This document shows positions 27,855 to 37,549 of a DNA stretch of 56,548 nucleotides, one piece after another (positions within the stretch are counted from its first letter, which is position 1; every line of letters starts with the position of its first letter). The position numbers and the translations under genes were made by a program. The DNA comes from Acidimicrobiales bacterium (GTDB taxonomy: Bacteria > Actinomycetota > Acidimicrobiia > Acidimicrobiales > SHLQ01): assembly GCA_051011595.1 (NCBI GenBank), contig JBPCTQ010000377.1, positions 1-56,548 on the forward strand, read 5' to 3'. The notes below the pieces were generated by a model, which saw only the letters and a program-made list of their open reading frames with translations, was not told the origin of the DNA and ran no database searches.

Positions 27855-30538
27855 GGGCGACATGCCTCGACGTCGTCGTGAGCCAGGACGTACCGCCAGG
27901 CGCCATCGCTGAGGTCGGTGGGGCGGGTGGGGCGCAGGTCGAGCACTCGTTGCCAAGCCGAGGTGTGCAGGGGGCCGGCCGGTTCGCCGCCGTCACCGGT
28001 CACGCGGACCGCGGTGACTCGGGGCTGATAGTGCACACCGACGCCGTTGCTCCAGGCGTCGGCACACCATTCGCGAACAAAGGCCCGACCGGTGAGATGA
28101 GTCGGTCGGGCGACGGCTGACCAGCTCGCGGCGGGGGCCGCCACCAGACCCGACGCCCAACACACCGGGCGGGTGTACTCGTGCCATGGTGCGGTGAGCT
28201 CGGCGGAGCCGTGTCCGATGAGGCCGACCGATCGGTCGGCGAACACGATGCCGCCGGCGGACTCGAGCGTGCCGTCGGCGGCGATGGTCTTGCCGGTCAC
28301 CACCTGACCTCCGCCGGCGCATGCCGCCGTGGCGGCTCGGGAGATGGAGCCGGGCAGGGGAACGACGCCGCCTTCGAGCAACACCGTGACATCGAAATCG
28401 TCGAGCGTGGGATCGAGCGTGGCGGCCGAGATCTCGCCGAAACGCACCTCGGCGCCGGCCTCGACGGCGACCTCACCGATCCGCTGGCGCCACCTCTCGT
28501 CGTCGTGGTCATCGGCCAGGATGACGATCGATGGGCCCGGCGTGGTGGCACCCGCCTCGCTCTGGGACTCGATGGTGTGCACCTCGGGTTGACCGGTTTG
28601 CTCGTCGACCTCGACGGTCACCACGGCGAGGGCGGCCACTCGGGCCGCTTCGCGTCGATCGCGGTTCCGATCAACGATGACGATGTCGACGCTGTCGTCG
28701 AAGTAGGGCAACGTGTCCCCGGCCGGCGCGGTGAACGCGGTGAGATCGTCGAGCTGGTCGATGATGGCGAGGTCGGTCCAGTCGAGGATCGACGCCTCGC
28801 GGTGCCGTCCGGCGGTGAGCTCGATGATCTCGGCTCGAAGGGTGCGGGCGCCGTCGGCTGGTCGCTGCTCGAGGTCGAAGATCACGCCGGCACCGTCTCG
28901 ATCGGTCACCATGCGGGTGTGGCCGGCCAGGTGCTCACGCAGAGCCGGGCGTTCGGCCAGCCAGGTTCGGGCCTGTTCGGGTACCACGAGCCACCCGAAC
29001 CCCTCGTGACGCCCCACCTCCAGCGCGGCGATCGAACCCAGGTCGTCCGTCGCCGGATCGGGGGGGAACGATCGGCCTGCGTCGTCGGTGATGCCGACCC
29101 GGGCACCGTCGACAACCAGTGTCGCCGCGCCGTCGGGGATCGTCGATGCCACCATCGCCTGGTAGTTCGGTAGCCAATTGTCGGGTGCGGCCTGATCGAT
29201 GGGTGCCTGGTGCTGGTCGGCCGGCCCGCCACCCGACCCCGACAGGCGGCGCCGGCCGCGGTGAAGGACCCGCCGACCACGCCGCAGGGTGACCTGAGCG
29301 GGCTCGGGCAGGCGTCGAGCGGCTGACTTGGCCCGCGGTTTCCCCTGTTGGGCGGCGATCCGAACGGGCCGGTAGCCGTAGCGCCGTCCTCCTCGGTAGA
29401 GCAGCCGCATTCCCCGGCGCAGCACCCGCCGTCCTGGCCCCGGTCTGGTGTTGTTGACCACGACCTCCACTCGGCCGGCGGTGGACTGCACCGCGGCGTC
29501 CATCGACGCCATGGTGGCCCGGGTGTCGGCGAGAGCGGCGAGGACCACAGTGAGCTCGGCTCGGAGGTCGTCGGTGTTGATGGCAGCGGTCTTGGTCGCC
29601 GCGAGCTGGGCTTCGACCCGACGCAAGCGGTTGCGGAGCTCGGTTTCGAGCGCGGCCTTGTCTCGGTGCAGCTGATCGATCTGGGTGCGGAACTCGTGCT
29701 CGCGAGCTTCCAGTCGCTCGACGGCGTCCTGGCGTTGATCGGCGTGTCGTTGGGCAACCGCACCATCGAGGATCAGTCGGTGGACTCGACCCTCGTCCAC
29801 CGGCGGATCCGGCGGTTGAGCCAGGCCGGCCTCGTCGCACAGCTCCCGGTACAGCGCAATGGTGGTGCTGCTCACGCCCGCGTCGGGCAGCGATGCGCCG
29901 ATGGTGTGATGACGGAGATCGGTGCGTACCGGTGCGTCGCCCGGTTCCAGGCCGGCGAAGTCGCACAGACGGGCGAACTCACCGTCGGGATCGATGAAGT
30001 AGGTGTCGTAGTGGGTGATGATCCGTCGCTCGGCGGGAACGGCCTCGAGCACGGCGGTGTAGTACTGCTCCCACAGGGTCAGCCCCAACGAGTACGAGTT
30101 CTGGTTCCGGCGCTTCAGCGACAGCGCCACCTCGAGCGGATGGCGAACACAGACGACGAAGCGGAGGTCGGGCTCGAGGTCGAGCCAGTACCGTGCCGTG
30201 AGGCAGGTGCGCGGGTCCTTGAATCCCCAATGGTCGTGTTGGCGGAGGGCGGCCAGAGCGTCGGTTGCGGCCCCGGCCACCGAGCCCAGGCGGGGATCGT
30301 CGACGGCCACCGGCAGTAGCTCGGGCGGGTTGTCCCAGGATCCGCCGGCCAGCTCGAGCAGCTCGTCGTTGCACTCGACGATGTGTTTGTTCTCCCAAAA
30401 CCCCTCGGGGTTGTCGTCGGCCGCATCGATGAGGGCTTCTTCTCCACCCAGAGCCAATCCGGCCGCATGCAGGCCGCGGGTGATCATGGACGTCCCGGAC
30501 CGGTGCATGCCGGTGATGGCGATTGGAGGAGACTTCAC
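27851..30538 (-). CDS. Sulfotransferase-domain protein with coiled coil and degenerate GT2-like C-terminus
   Basis: ITGMHRSGTS, DNPEGFWE, WGFKDPRT, VRHPLEVA.SL..RN; heptad region; DGTLESAGGIVFAD GT2-like segment. Confidence 0.85.
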   Translation of the reverse strand: MKSPPIAITGMHRSGTSMITRGLHAAGLALGGEEALIDAADDNPEGFWENKHIVECNDELLELAGGSWDNPPELLPVAVDDPRLGSVAGAATDALAALRQHDHWGFKDPRTCLTARYWLDLEPDLRFVVCVRHPLEVALSLKRRNQNSYSLGLTLWEQYYTAVLEAVPAERRIITHYDTYFIDPDGEFARLCDFAGLEPGDAPVRTDLRHHTIGASLPDAGVSSTTIALYRELCDEAGLAQPPDPPVDEGRVHRLILDGAVAQRHADQRQDAVERLEAREHEFRTQIDQLHRDKAALETELRNRLRRVEAQLAATKTAAINTDDLRAELTVVLAALADTRATMASMDAAVQSTAGRVEVVVNNTRPGPGRRVLRRGMRLLYRGGRRYGYRPVRIAAQQGKPRAKSAARRLPEPAQVTLRRGRRVLHRGRRRLSGSGGGPADQHQAPIDQAAPDNWLPNYQAMVASTIPDGAATLVVDGARVGITDDAGRSFPPDPATDDLGSIAALEVGRHEGFGWLVVPEQARTWLAERPALREHLAGHTRMVTDRDGAGVIFDLEQRPADGARTLRAEIIELTAGRHREASILDWTDLAIIDQLDDLTAFTAPAGDTLPYFDDSVDIVIVDRNRDRREAARVAALAVVTVEVDEQTGQPEVHTIESQSEAGATTPGPSIVILADDHDDERWRQRIGEVAVEAGAEVRFGEISAATLDPTLDDFDVTVLLEGGVVPLPGSISRAATAACAGGGQVVTGKTIAADGTLESAGGIVFADRSVGLIGHGSAELTAPWHEYTRPVCWASGLVAAPAASWSAVARPTHLTGRAFVREWCADAWSNGVGVHYQPRVTAVRVTGDGGEPAGPLHTSAWQRVLDLRPTRPTDLSDGAWRYVLAHDDVEACRP

Positions 30539-30695
30539 AAGGGGCTCCACGGCGGCGGGGTGGGACGGGCGCCGGGGTCGGTGCACTCGTACGGTCGTCC
30601 AGTGTGCCGCATCATCGACGCGCGACCCAGTTGCCGGCCTTCAACGTTGCTCGTTGCCACGGACCGGCTGCCTTGGAGCCCTCGGTGGCGAAGAC

Positions 30696-31178
30696 TCAGA
30701 AGCTGACTCGGGACAGTTCGTCGATCATTTCCCGGCGCAGTCGAGCACGTTCCTCGTCGGTGCGGGTGAGAACGGCATGAATGGCCTCGAGCAGGTCGCG
30801 CGAATGGATGGGACGCTGGATGTACCCGTCGACACCGCTCTGCCAGAGCAGGAACTGCTTGGTGGTCTGGGTGCCCATCACCACGAAGGGGACCTCGGCC
30901 AACGACACCGGGCCGAAGGCCCGAGTGCGGTCGAGCAACGACATCACTCCGTCGGCGATACGACCGTCGCGATCGGCGATGACACACGAACAGGCGGGCC
31001 GCGAACTGTCGAGCAGTTCGATGGCCTCGTCCACGTCGGATGCCCGCAGGGTTTCGTGGCCGGCGTCGGTGAGCAGTCGCTGCACCAACACGCCAGGATC
31101 GTGGTCGGCCACCACCAGGATCGGGCCGGTGGGGCGGCCGGCGGGGATGTTCAGATCGTGCTTCGAACTGTTCGACAC
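30696..31178 (-). CDS. Stand-alone, atypical response-regulator receiver protein
   Basis: SD AGGAG before GTG; ILVVADHD, CVIAD, VPFVVMG, SGVDGYIQRP (conserved Lys replaced by Arg). Confidence 0.75.
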   Translation of the reverse strand: MSNSSKHDLNIPAGRPTGPILVVADHDPGVLVQRLLTDAGHETLRASDVDEAIELLDSSRPACSCVIADRDGRIADGVMSLLDRTRAFGPVSLAEVPFVVMGTQTTKQFLLWQSGVDGYIQRPIHSRDLLEAIHAVLTRTDEERARLRREMIDELSRVSF

Positions 31179-31298
31179 GGGAAGGCTCCTGCGATGGGTC
31201 TGTATGTCAATCGGCCGCAACCCCCCTGGTCTTGACCCGTGGCCCCGAATCGACGCCGCCGAATTGCGGGGGTCCTGGGCCGGTGCCACCCTGCCGCC

Positions 31299-32018
31299 AT
31301 GGCCGATGCCGAACGCCGCTTCTTCTTCCTGCACGTGATGCGGACCGGTGGCACCACGTTTCTCTGGCATCTCAAGGCGAATTTCGGGCCGGCCAAGGTG
31401 TATCCGGCGCCCGAGGACAACCCCGAGACCCACGAATCGGTGACCAACCTCGACTACCTCTGGGACATACCCGAGCAGCGGTGGACCGACCTCAAGGTGG
31501 TCACCGGCCACTTTCCCTACTTTGTCATCGACCTGTTGCCGTTCGAGTACGAGAAGATCACCATCCTGCGCGAACCGGTGGCCCGCACCGTGTCGTTTCT
31601 CCAGCAGTGGCAGAAGGTTCCCGGTCTGTGGCAGGGCAAACCCTTCGAGGCGATCTACGACGATCCCCTGATCGTGCCCCACTATCAGAACCACATGACC
31701 AAACTGTTCGGCCTGTCCGCCGATTCGGGCGCGGCTCACTACGCGGTCGACGCCGACATCGACGACGTGTTCATGAAACGGGCCCAAGAGAACCTGGCGT
31801 CGATCGAGACCATCGGGTTCACCGAGGACCACGAAGCCTTCGTCGACAAGATCGTGCAACGCTACGGGTGGCGGCGCCCCAACGTGCCCGCCCAGCACGT
31901 CACCGAACCGGCCCAGCTGTCCGACTCGTTCATCGAGCGGATTCGGCGCGACAACGCCGCCGACATCGAGTTCTACGAGTTCGCCCGCGCGTTGGTGGCC
32001 GAACGCGACCGTTCGTGA
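31299..32018 (+). CDS. Sulfotransferase family 2-like protein
   Basis: FFLHVMRTGGTT, VTGHF, ITILREPVARTVS, IGFTE, N..DIEFYEFA. Confidence 0.82.
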   Translation: MADAERRFFFLHVMRTGGTTFLWHLKANFGPAKVYPAPEDNPETHESVTNLDYLWDIPEQRWTDLKVVTGHFPYFVIDLLPFEYEKITILREPVARTVSFLQQWQKVPGLWQGKPFEAIYDDPLIVPHYQNHMTKLFGLSADSGAAHYAVDADIDDVFMKRAQENLASIETIGFTEDHEAFVDKIVQRYGWRRPNVPAQHVTEPAQLSDSFIERIRRDNAADIEFYEFARALVAERDRS

Positions 32019-32077
32019 ACCGCCGGTTCAGGTGAGGGCCGACATCGAGTTCGCCGGCCCGTTGGTGGGCCGCTCGG

Positions 32078-34303
32078 TCAGGTGGTGACGTCGGCGTCGA
32101 GCGCGGCCGAATCGGCCTCGCCGGTTTCGATGGCGTCGAGGACGTGCATGGCGATGTCGCCCACCTTGACCTGGTCGTCCTCGACCCCTTCACCCTTCAC
32201 ACCGTCGTCCATCATGATGTAGCAGAACGGGCATGCAGTGGCGATGCGGCTGGCACCGGTGGCCAGCAGCTCCTGGCTGCGATCCACGTTGATCTGCTTG
32301 CCGACGTTCTCCTCCATCCACATCCGCGCCCCGCCGGCACCACAACACATACCTTTGGTGCCGTTGCGTTCGGCTTCGACCACCTGCACACCACCGAGGG
32401 AGCCGATCACCCGTCGGGGAGCCAGGTACACGTCGTTGTGGCGACCGAGGTAACACGAGTCGTGGTACACGACCCGCTCGTCGAGTCGGGCCGTGGCCAG
32501 ATCGAGTTTCCCGGAGTCGATGAGCCACTCGAGGAACTGGCTGTGGTGGACGACCTCGTAGTGTCCGCCGAGCTGGGGGTACTCGTTGGCCAGGGTGTTG
32601 AAGCAGTGGGGGCACTGGGTGATGATCTTCTTGGTGCCCATGGCGTTGAGGGTCTCGATGTTCTGGTTGGCGAGCATCTGGAAGATGAACTCGTTGCCAC
32701 TGCGGCGAGCCGAGTCGCCGGTGCACATCTCACTGGGACCGAGAATGGCGTAGTCGATCTCTGCCCGCTGCATCAGCTTCGCCATGGCCTGGGTGACCTT
32801 GCGGTTCTTGTCGTCGAAGCTGCCCGCGCAGCCCACCCAGTACAGGTACTCGGCTTCGAGCGGGGCGGTGCCGTCGATGATCTCGACATCGAGATCGTCG
32901 GCCCAGTCGGCTCGTTCGCTCTGGGAGATGCCCCACGGGTTGCCCGTGTTCTCCATGGACCGGTACGCGTTGCCCAGCTCGGTCGGGAAGTCGCTCTCCA
33001 TCAACGACAGATACCGGCGCATGTCGAGGATCTTGTCGAGGATCTCGATGTTCACCGGACAGATCTCGTCGCACGCCTTGCAGGAGGTGCAGGCCCAGAG
33101 TTCTTCGCTGGTGACCCGTTCGAACATCGAGTCGGCCGACACGGTGATGTCGCCGTCGAGACCGATGGGGGGTGACACCATCGGGTCACCGGTGCGGGCC
33201 ATCACCTCGCCCGTCTTGAGCACGATCTCGCGAGGATCGAGGGGTTTGCCGGTTGCGTGGGCCGGGCACACCGACGTGCAGCGACCGCACATGGTGCAGG
33301 AGTCGGTGTCGAGCAGCTGCTTCCAGGTGAAGTCCTCGATGGTGCTGGCCCCGTAGGTCTCGAGGTCGGCCTCCATGAGGTCGGGCATCGGCTTCATGGC
33401 GCCCTTGGGACGGTCCTTGTCCCGCAGGTACATGTTGAGCGGCGACGTGAACATGTGGCGCAACATGGTGGTGGGCAAGATGATGAGGAAAGAGATGAAC
33501 CTCACCACGTGGGCGATCCACCAGAACTGGTGCCATCCCGACAGGTTGTTCATGCCGTCGAGGGCCAAGGCCAACGGGTAGCCCACGATCGACCATTTCT
33601 CGTGCTCGGGAAGGGTGCCGCCGGCCAGCTCACCTTCGAGGGCGATGCGGTAGCCCTCGGCCATGAAGCCGGTGATCGCGATGATGAAGAACACCCCGAG
33701 GATGACCGCGTGTTCGGGTTTGGACTTGATGCGGATGCGGTAGGGGCGCCAGGCCCTCGGTCCGTACCGCCGGATGCCGGCCCAGACGATGCCGACCAAG
33801 AAGATGATGCCGGCCACGTCGCCCACCAGCGTGTAGCCCTTGTAAACGCCGCCGTGGAGGAACTTGAGATCGTCGGGGAGTTGATGGTTGATCTCGAGGG
33901 TGGTGGTGACCCCGAGCAGCACCAGGAAACCGAAGTAGATCATCGAGTGCATGATTCCGGCACCCGGTTCGCGCAGCAGGGTCTGCATGTAGACCCCCGC
34001 CCGGAAGTCACCCAGCCGCTGTTTGATGTTCTTCGACGTGGTGGCGCGGTTGTCGGGTGCGCCTCGTTGCCAGTTGCGGACCCGGTAGCTGAACAGCACC
34101 GCGCCGTACACCAACATGATGGGGATCACCGTGTAGAAGGCGACCTTGACCGGCCCCGGGATGTTCTCGAACACCTCGCGGGTCTGGGACGACTCGTCGT
34201 GGAATTCGGTGAAGTTGGGGATGATGCCCGAGGCCACCGTGAACAAGGCGATGCCGAGGCCCAGCAGGATGACGAGGTGGTGGGGCTTGAATTTGGCGTT
34301 CAT
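32078..34303 (-). CDS. Membrane Fe-S oxidoreductase (FadF/heterodisulfide reductase-related, CCG domains)
   Basis: TM region; CTMCGRCTSVCP and CTSCKACDEICP; WVGC, YHDSCYLGR, CCGAGG, ACPFC. Confidence 0.92.
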   Translation of the reverse strand: MNAKFKPHHLVILLGLGIALFTVASGIIPNFTEFHDESSQTREVFENIPGPVKVAFYTVIPIMLVYGAVLFSYRVRNWQRGAPDNRATTSKNIKQRLGDFRAGVYMQTLLREPGAGIMHSMIYFGFLVLLGVTTTLEINHQLPDDLKFLHGGVYKGYTLVGDVAGIIFLVGIVWAGIRRYGPRAWRPYRIRIKSKPEHAVILGVFFIIAITGFMAEGYRIALEGELAGGTLPEHEKWSIVGYPLALALDGMNNLSGWHQFWWIAHVVRFISFLIILPTTMLRHMFTSPLNMYLRDKDRPKGAMKPMPDLMEADLETYGASTIEDFTWKQLLDTDSCTMCGRCTSVCPAHATGKPLDPREIVLKTGEVMARTGDPMVSPPIGLDGDITVSADSMFERVTSEELWACTSCKACDEICPVNIEILDKILDMRRYLSLMESDFPTELGNAYRSMENTGNPWGISQSERADWADDLDVEIIDGTAPLEAEYLYWVGCAGSFDDKNRKVTQAMAKLMQRAEIDYAILGPSEMCTGDSARRSGNEFIFQMLANQNIETLNAMGTKKIITQCPHCFNTLANEYPQLGGHYEVVHHSQFLEWLIDSGKLDLATARLDERVVYHDSCYLGRHNDVYLAPRRVIGSLGGVQVVEAERNGTKGMCCGAGGARMWMEENVGKQINVDRSQELLATGASRIATACPFCYIMMDDGVKGEGVEDDQVKVGDIAMHVLDAIETGEADSAALDADVTT

Positions 34304-34413
34304 GGCGCCAGCGATCGTACCCGGAGCGCGCACCCTGACCCGCAACCGCCACACCGGCGTGCCGTTCACGGGCCCGAAACATGGCCGAAACCGCCGATCT
34401 CTACCGTGAGGGA

Positions 34414-34950
34414 ATGAGCGACGGGGCCGGTGAGGTCGGCGACGTGGTGTTGGTGCGGTGGCCGGCCGAAGGCGCCCGGCTGACGCAACTCCGGGCCGAA
34501 CATGTGCCCCGTCTGTTGATGGTGGAACCCGACGCCGAGGCGCCTGACCCCGACAGCGGACTCCAGGACTGGATCCGGTTACCGGCTTCGCCGGGTGATG
34601 TGCGGGTCCGTGTCGAGGGACTGCTGGCTCGAGCTCGGGCCGCCGATGCCGTTCGACCCACGATGGACGATGCCGGTGTGGTTCGGTTCCGGGGGGTTTC
34701 GGTCGGGTTGTCACCCAACGAAGTGGTGTTGTTCGACACCTTGCTGGACCGTTGGCAGGGGGTGGTCGGCCGAGACACCCTGGCGCCCCTGTTGGGCGCG
34801 GCCGGTTCACGAAACGCGCTCGACGCGTGCATGAGCCGACTCCGGCGCCGCCTGGCGAGTGTGGGACTGCGGGTCCGAACGGTGCGCAGTCGCGGGTACC
34901 TGCTCGAGCCCGCGGCGGTCTCGGGTGATCGCACCCCGGCGACCGCGTAG
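34414..34950 (+). CDS. OmpR-type winged-helix regulator with degenerate N-terminal domain
   Basis: LSPNE, RNALDACMSRLRRRL, VRTVRSRGYLLE. Confidence 0.8.
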   Translation: MSDGAGEVGDVVLVRWPAEGARLTQLRAEHVPRLLMVEPDAEAPDPDSGLQDWIRLPASPGDVRVRVEGLLARARAADAVRPTMDDAGVVRFRGVSVGLSPNEVVLFDTLLDRWQGVVGRDTLAPLLGAAGSRNALDACMSRLRRRLASVGLRVRTVRSRGYLLEPAAVSGDRTPATA

Positions 34951-35024
34951 GACCTCGCCACCACTCTCGCGAAGAGGCGCAGCCGCGGGTACCTGCTCGA
35001 CGCCGCGGCGGTGTCGGGTGATCG
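34884..35024 (+). repeat. 48-bp direct duplication of the wHTH gene 3' end
   Basis: 34884-34931 vs 34977-35024, 44/48 identical. Confidence 0.85.
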
Positions 35025-35124
35025 AAGAACCCTCGGGCCAAGGGCGCCACCTCGCCGCGTCGGCGCCGACCCCGTCTGGTGGTGCGGGTGGGTGTACGGC
35101 TGCGGATGCAGCCCCATCGCCGTT

Positions 35125-35184
35125 GTCAGATTGCTGTCAGCGGTCCGTCGATCGGGCGTAACGCCAGGCTCATCGAGCCGAAAT
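35125..35184 (+). promoter_or_regulatory. 11-bp-phased GlnR/OmpR-type binding array upstream of amt
   Basis: GTCAG-n6-GTCAG-n6-GTCGA-n6-GTAAC-n6-CTCAT-n6-GAAAT; resembles the GlnR box GTnAC-n6-GAAAC. Confidence 0.55.
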
Positions 35185-35250
35185 CGGGTGCTCGTACCGT
35201 CGGTTCGGTCCACCCCTGCGGTCGATCGACCGCCCGATCAGGAGAAGCCC

Positions 35251-36708
35251 GTGAAACGCAAGCTCGCCGTACTCAGCGTGCTGACCGGAGGCATCGTCGT
35301 GTTGTTGGCGTCGCCGGCCATCGCCCAGGAGGCCGAGGCCCCCGACCCGACCCAGGTCGTCCTCGACAACCTCTGGGTCTTCATTGCCGGTGTGTTGGTA
35401 TTCCTGATGCAGGCCGGTTTCGGTCTGGTCGAGGCGGGTCTCACCCAGTCGAAGAACGTGGCCAACATCATGGCCAAGAACCTGGCCGACATGGTGATCG
35501 GGGTGTTGGCGTTCTTCGCGGTGGGTTACGCCTTCGCCTTCGGCAGCGGGAACGATCTGTTCGGCACCGAGTTCTTCCTGCTCGACGGAGCGGGTTTGTT
35601 CGAGAACAGCGGCGTGGGCAACCTCACCCACGCCACCTTGTTCTTCTTCCAGGTGGTGTTCGCCGCCACCGCGGTGACCATCGCATCAGGGGCGATGGCC
35701 GAACGCACCAAGTTCGTGTCGTATCTGATCTTCGCCGCCCTCATGACGGGCATCATCTACCCGGTCGTGGTCCACTGGACCTGGGGTGGCGGTCTGATCG
35801 CCCAGCTGTCGGTGGGTGATGCGGTGTACAGCGACTTCGCCGGCTCCACGGTGGTGCATTCGACCGGCGGTTGGGCGGCCCTGATGGGTGCTCTGGTACT
35901 CGGACCCCGACTGGGCAAGTACGCGAGGGACGGTCGGCCCCGAGCCATACCGGGGCACAACATCGTGTTCACCGTGATCGGTGCCTTCATTCTGTGGTTC
36001 GGTTGGTTCGGGTTCAACGCCGGTTCGGAACTGGCGGCTGACGACTTCGTGCCCTTCGTGGCCGTCAACACGCTGTTGGCCGCGTGCGCCGGCGCAGCTG
36101 GTGCCACCATCGCCATCTGGTCGAAGTCGGGCAAACCCGATGTGGCCATGATCGCCAACGGTGTGTTGGCCGGTCTGGTGAGCATCACCGCCGGTACCGG
36201 CACCATGACCCCGGCGTTCGCCCTCGTGACCGGATTCATCGGTGGGCTCATCGTGGTCGGTGCCGTGTTGTTCTTCGACCGGATCCGAATCGACGACCCG
36301 GTTGGTGCCATCTCGGTCCACGGCATCTGCGGCGTGTGGGGGACCTTGGCCATTGGTCTGTTCGCCCGCTACGACGATGCGTTCCTCGGTCGCGAGAATG
36401 CCGGCTTGTTCTACGGCGGCGGCGTCGACCAGCTGGCCGTGCAGGCCCTGATGGTGGTGATCGTGGCGGCCTGGGTGATTCCCACGTCGGGCCTGGTCTT
36501 CTACGGCCTCAAGAGCACGATCGGCCTGCGGGTCAGCGAGGAGGAGGAGATGGGTGGCCTCGATGTGATGGAACACGGCACACCCGGGTACCACCTGCCC
36601 GCTCCGGCGGCCGCCATGTCGATCGACATCGGCGAGCACGAAGAATCGGTGGCGCCGGCGGAAAAGAGCCCGGCACCGGTTCTTCAGCCCAGTCACGGGA
36701 CCGCCTGA
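35251..36708 (+). CDS. amt: Ammonium transporter
   Basis: SD AGGAG; FLMQAGF...EAG, SGAMAER, DFAGSTVVH, LWFGWFGFNAGS, IDDPVGAISVHG. Confidence 0.96.
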   Translation: MKRKLAVLSVLTGGIVVLLASPAIAQEAEAPDPTQVVLDNLWVFIAGVLVFLMQAGFGLVEAGLTQSKNVANIMAKNLADMVIGVLAFFAVGYAFAFGSGNDLFGTEFFLLDGAGLFENSGVGNLTHATLFFFQVVFAATAVTIASGAMAERTKFVSYLIFAALMTGIIYPVVVHWTWGGGLIAQLSVGDAVYSDFAGSTVVHSTGGWAALMGALVLGPRLGKYARDGRPRAIPGHNIVFTVIGAFILWFGWFGFNAGSELAADDFVPFVAVNTLLAACAGAAGATIAIWSKSGKPDVAMIANGVLAGLVSITAGTGTMTPAFALVTGFIGGLIVVGAVLFFDRIRIDDPVGAISVHGICGVWGTLAIGLFARYDDAFLGRENAGLFYGGGVDQLAVQALMVVIVAAWVIPTSGLVFYGLKSTIGLRVSEEEEMGGLDVMEHGTPGYHLPAPAAAMSIDIGEHEESVAPAEKSPAPVLQPSHGTA

Positions 36709-36735
36709 CCCTCCCAGCCAGGCGATTCCCGAAAT

Positions 36736-36766
36736 GGAGACCCCGGCCTGGCGGGCCGGGGTCTCC
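36736..36766. terminator. Perfect 13-bp hairpin between converging genes
   Basis: GGAGACCCCGGCC-TGGCG-GGCCGGGGTCTCC. Confidence 0.75.
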
Positions 36767-36778
36767 CGCGTGTGGCGG

Positions 36779-37210
36779 TCACTCGACGCCGATGGCGGTG
36801 ATGAGCAGCCACAGGCCGCCGCAGTAGAGGGCGAACATGATCGCCGTGCCGAGCGAGAGCCACCGGGCCAGCTCCCCCTTGCCGAGGCCCAGCGTCAGAC
36901 CGAGCACGACCGAGGCGGTGACGCCGGGGAAGATGGGACCGATCAGGCCCAGACCACGAGCCCCGTACCGGTCGACCAGACGTCGAACACGCGAGTTGGG
37001 GTCCGGTGGGGTCGCCTCGGTGCCGCCGGCGAGTTTGGATCGAATGCGGTCTCCGGCCATCAAGAAGATCGTGAGGCTGACGATCGACCCGAGGGTGGCG
37101 GCGATGTACACCTCGAGGACCGGCAGGCCGAGAGCAAAACCGATGGGGATGGAGAATCCGCCCGACACCGCGCTGGCGGCCGCCACCACCAACCACGCCA
37201 GTCCTCTCAT
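36779..37210 (-). CDS. Small membrane protein (small multidrug export-like)
   Basis: Hydrophobic helices; IPIGFALGL, RYGARGLGLIGP. Confidence 0.7.
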   Translation of the reverse strand: MRGLAWLVVAAASAVSGGFSIPIGFALGLPVLEVYIAATLGSIVSLTIFLMAGDRIRSKLAGGTEATPPDPNSRVRRLVDRYGARGLGLIGPIFPGVTASVVLGLTLGLGKGELARWLSLGTAIMFALYCGGLWLLITAIGVE

Positions 37211-37341
37211 GGCCCGCTCCCGGACGGTTCTGCGACGAGGCCCGGCCGTCGGCCGGTTGTGGTGGTGCTGCTCACCGCGCCACTTTGTCGCGAAGGTGGT
37301 CGGTCGGACCAATAGGAACGGCCGCCGGGCAGAGTTTCTGA

Positions 37342-37488
37342 GATTGGGCCCGCTACTCCCGCTGGTCTGCGGGCCCGATCACAGATTGTGGCGGGTCGAC
37401 CATGGCCCAGGCTCCGCCCTGAACCATGGTCGATCCGCGTGTGGTTCCCACCACGAACGCCACACCCATACGTCTGGGTGCGTGTTCG
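37342..37488. repeat. Three consecutive GC-rich stem-loops
   Basis: GATTGGGCCCGC/GCGGGCCCGATC; GCGGGTCGACCATGG/CCATGGTCGATCCGC; CGAACGCCACACCCA/TGGGTGCGTGTTCG. Confidence 0.65.
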
Positions 37489-37549
37489 CAGTGTGCCGTA
37501 GCCGTGCTAACCGCCTGTTATCGGGCTGGAAATGATGGCCGGCGGTGAT

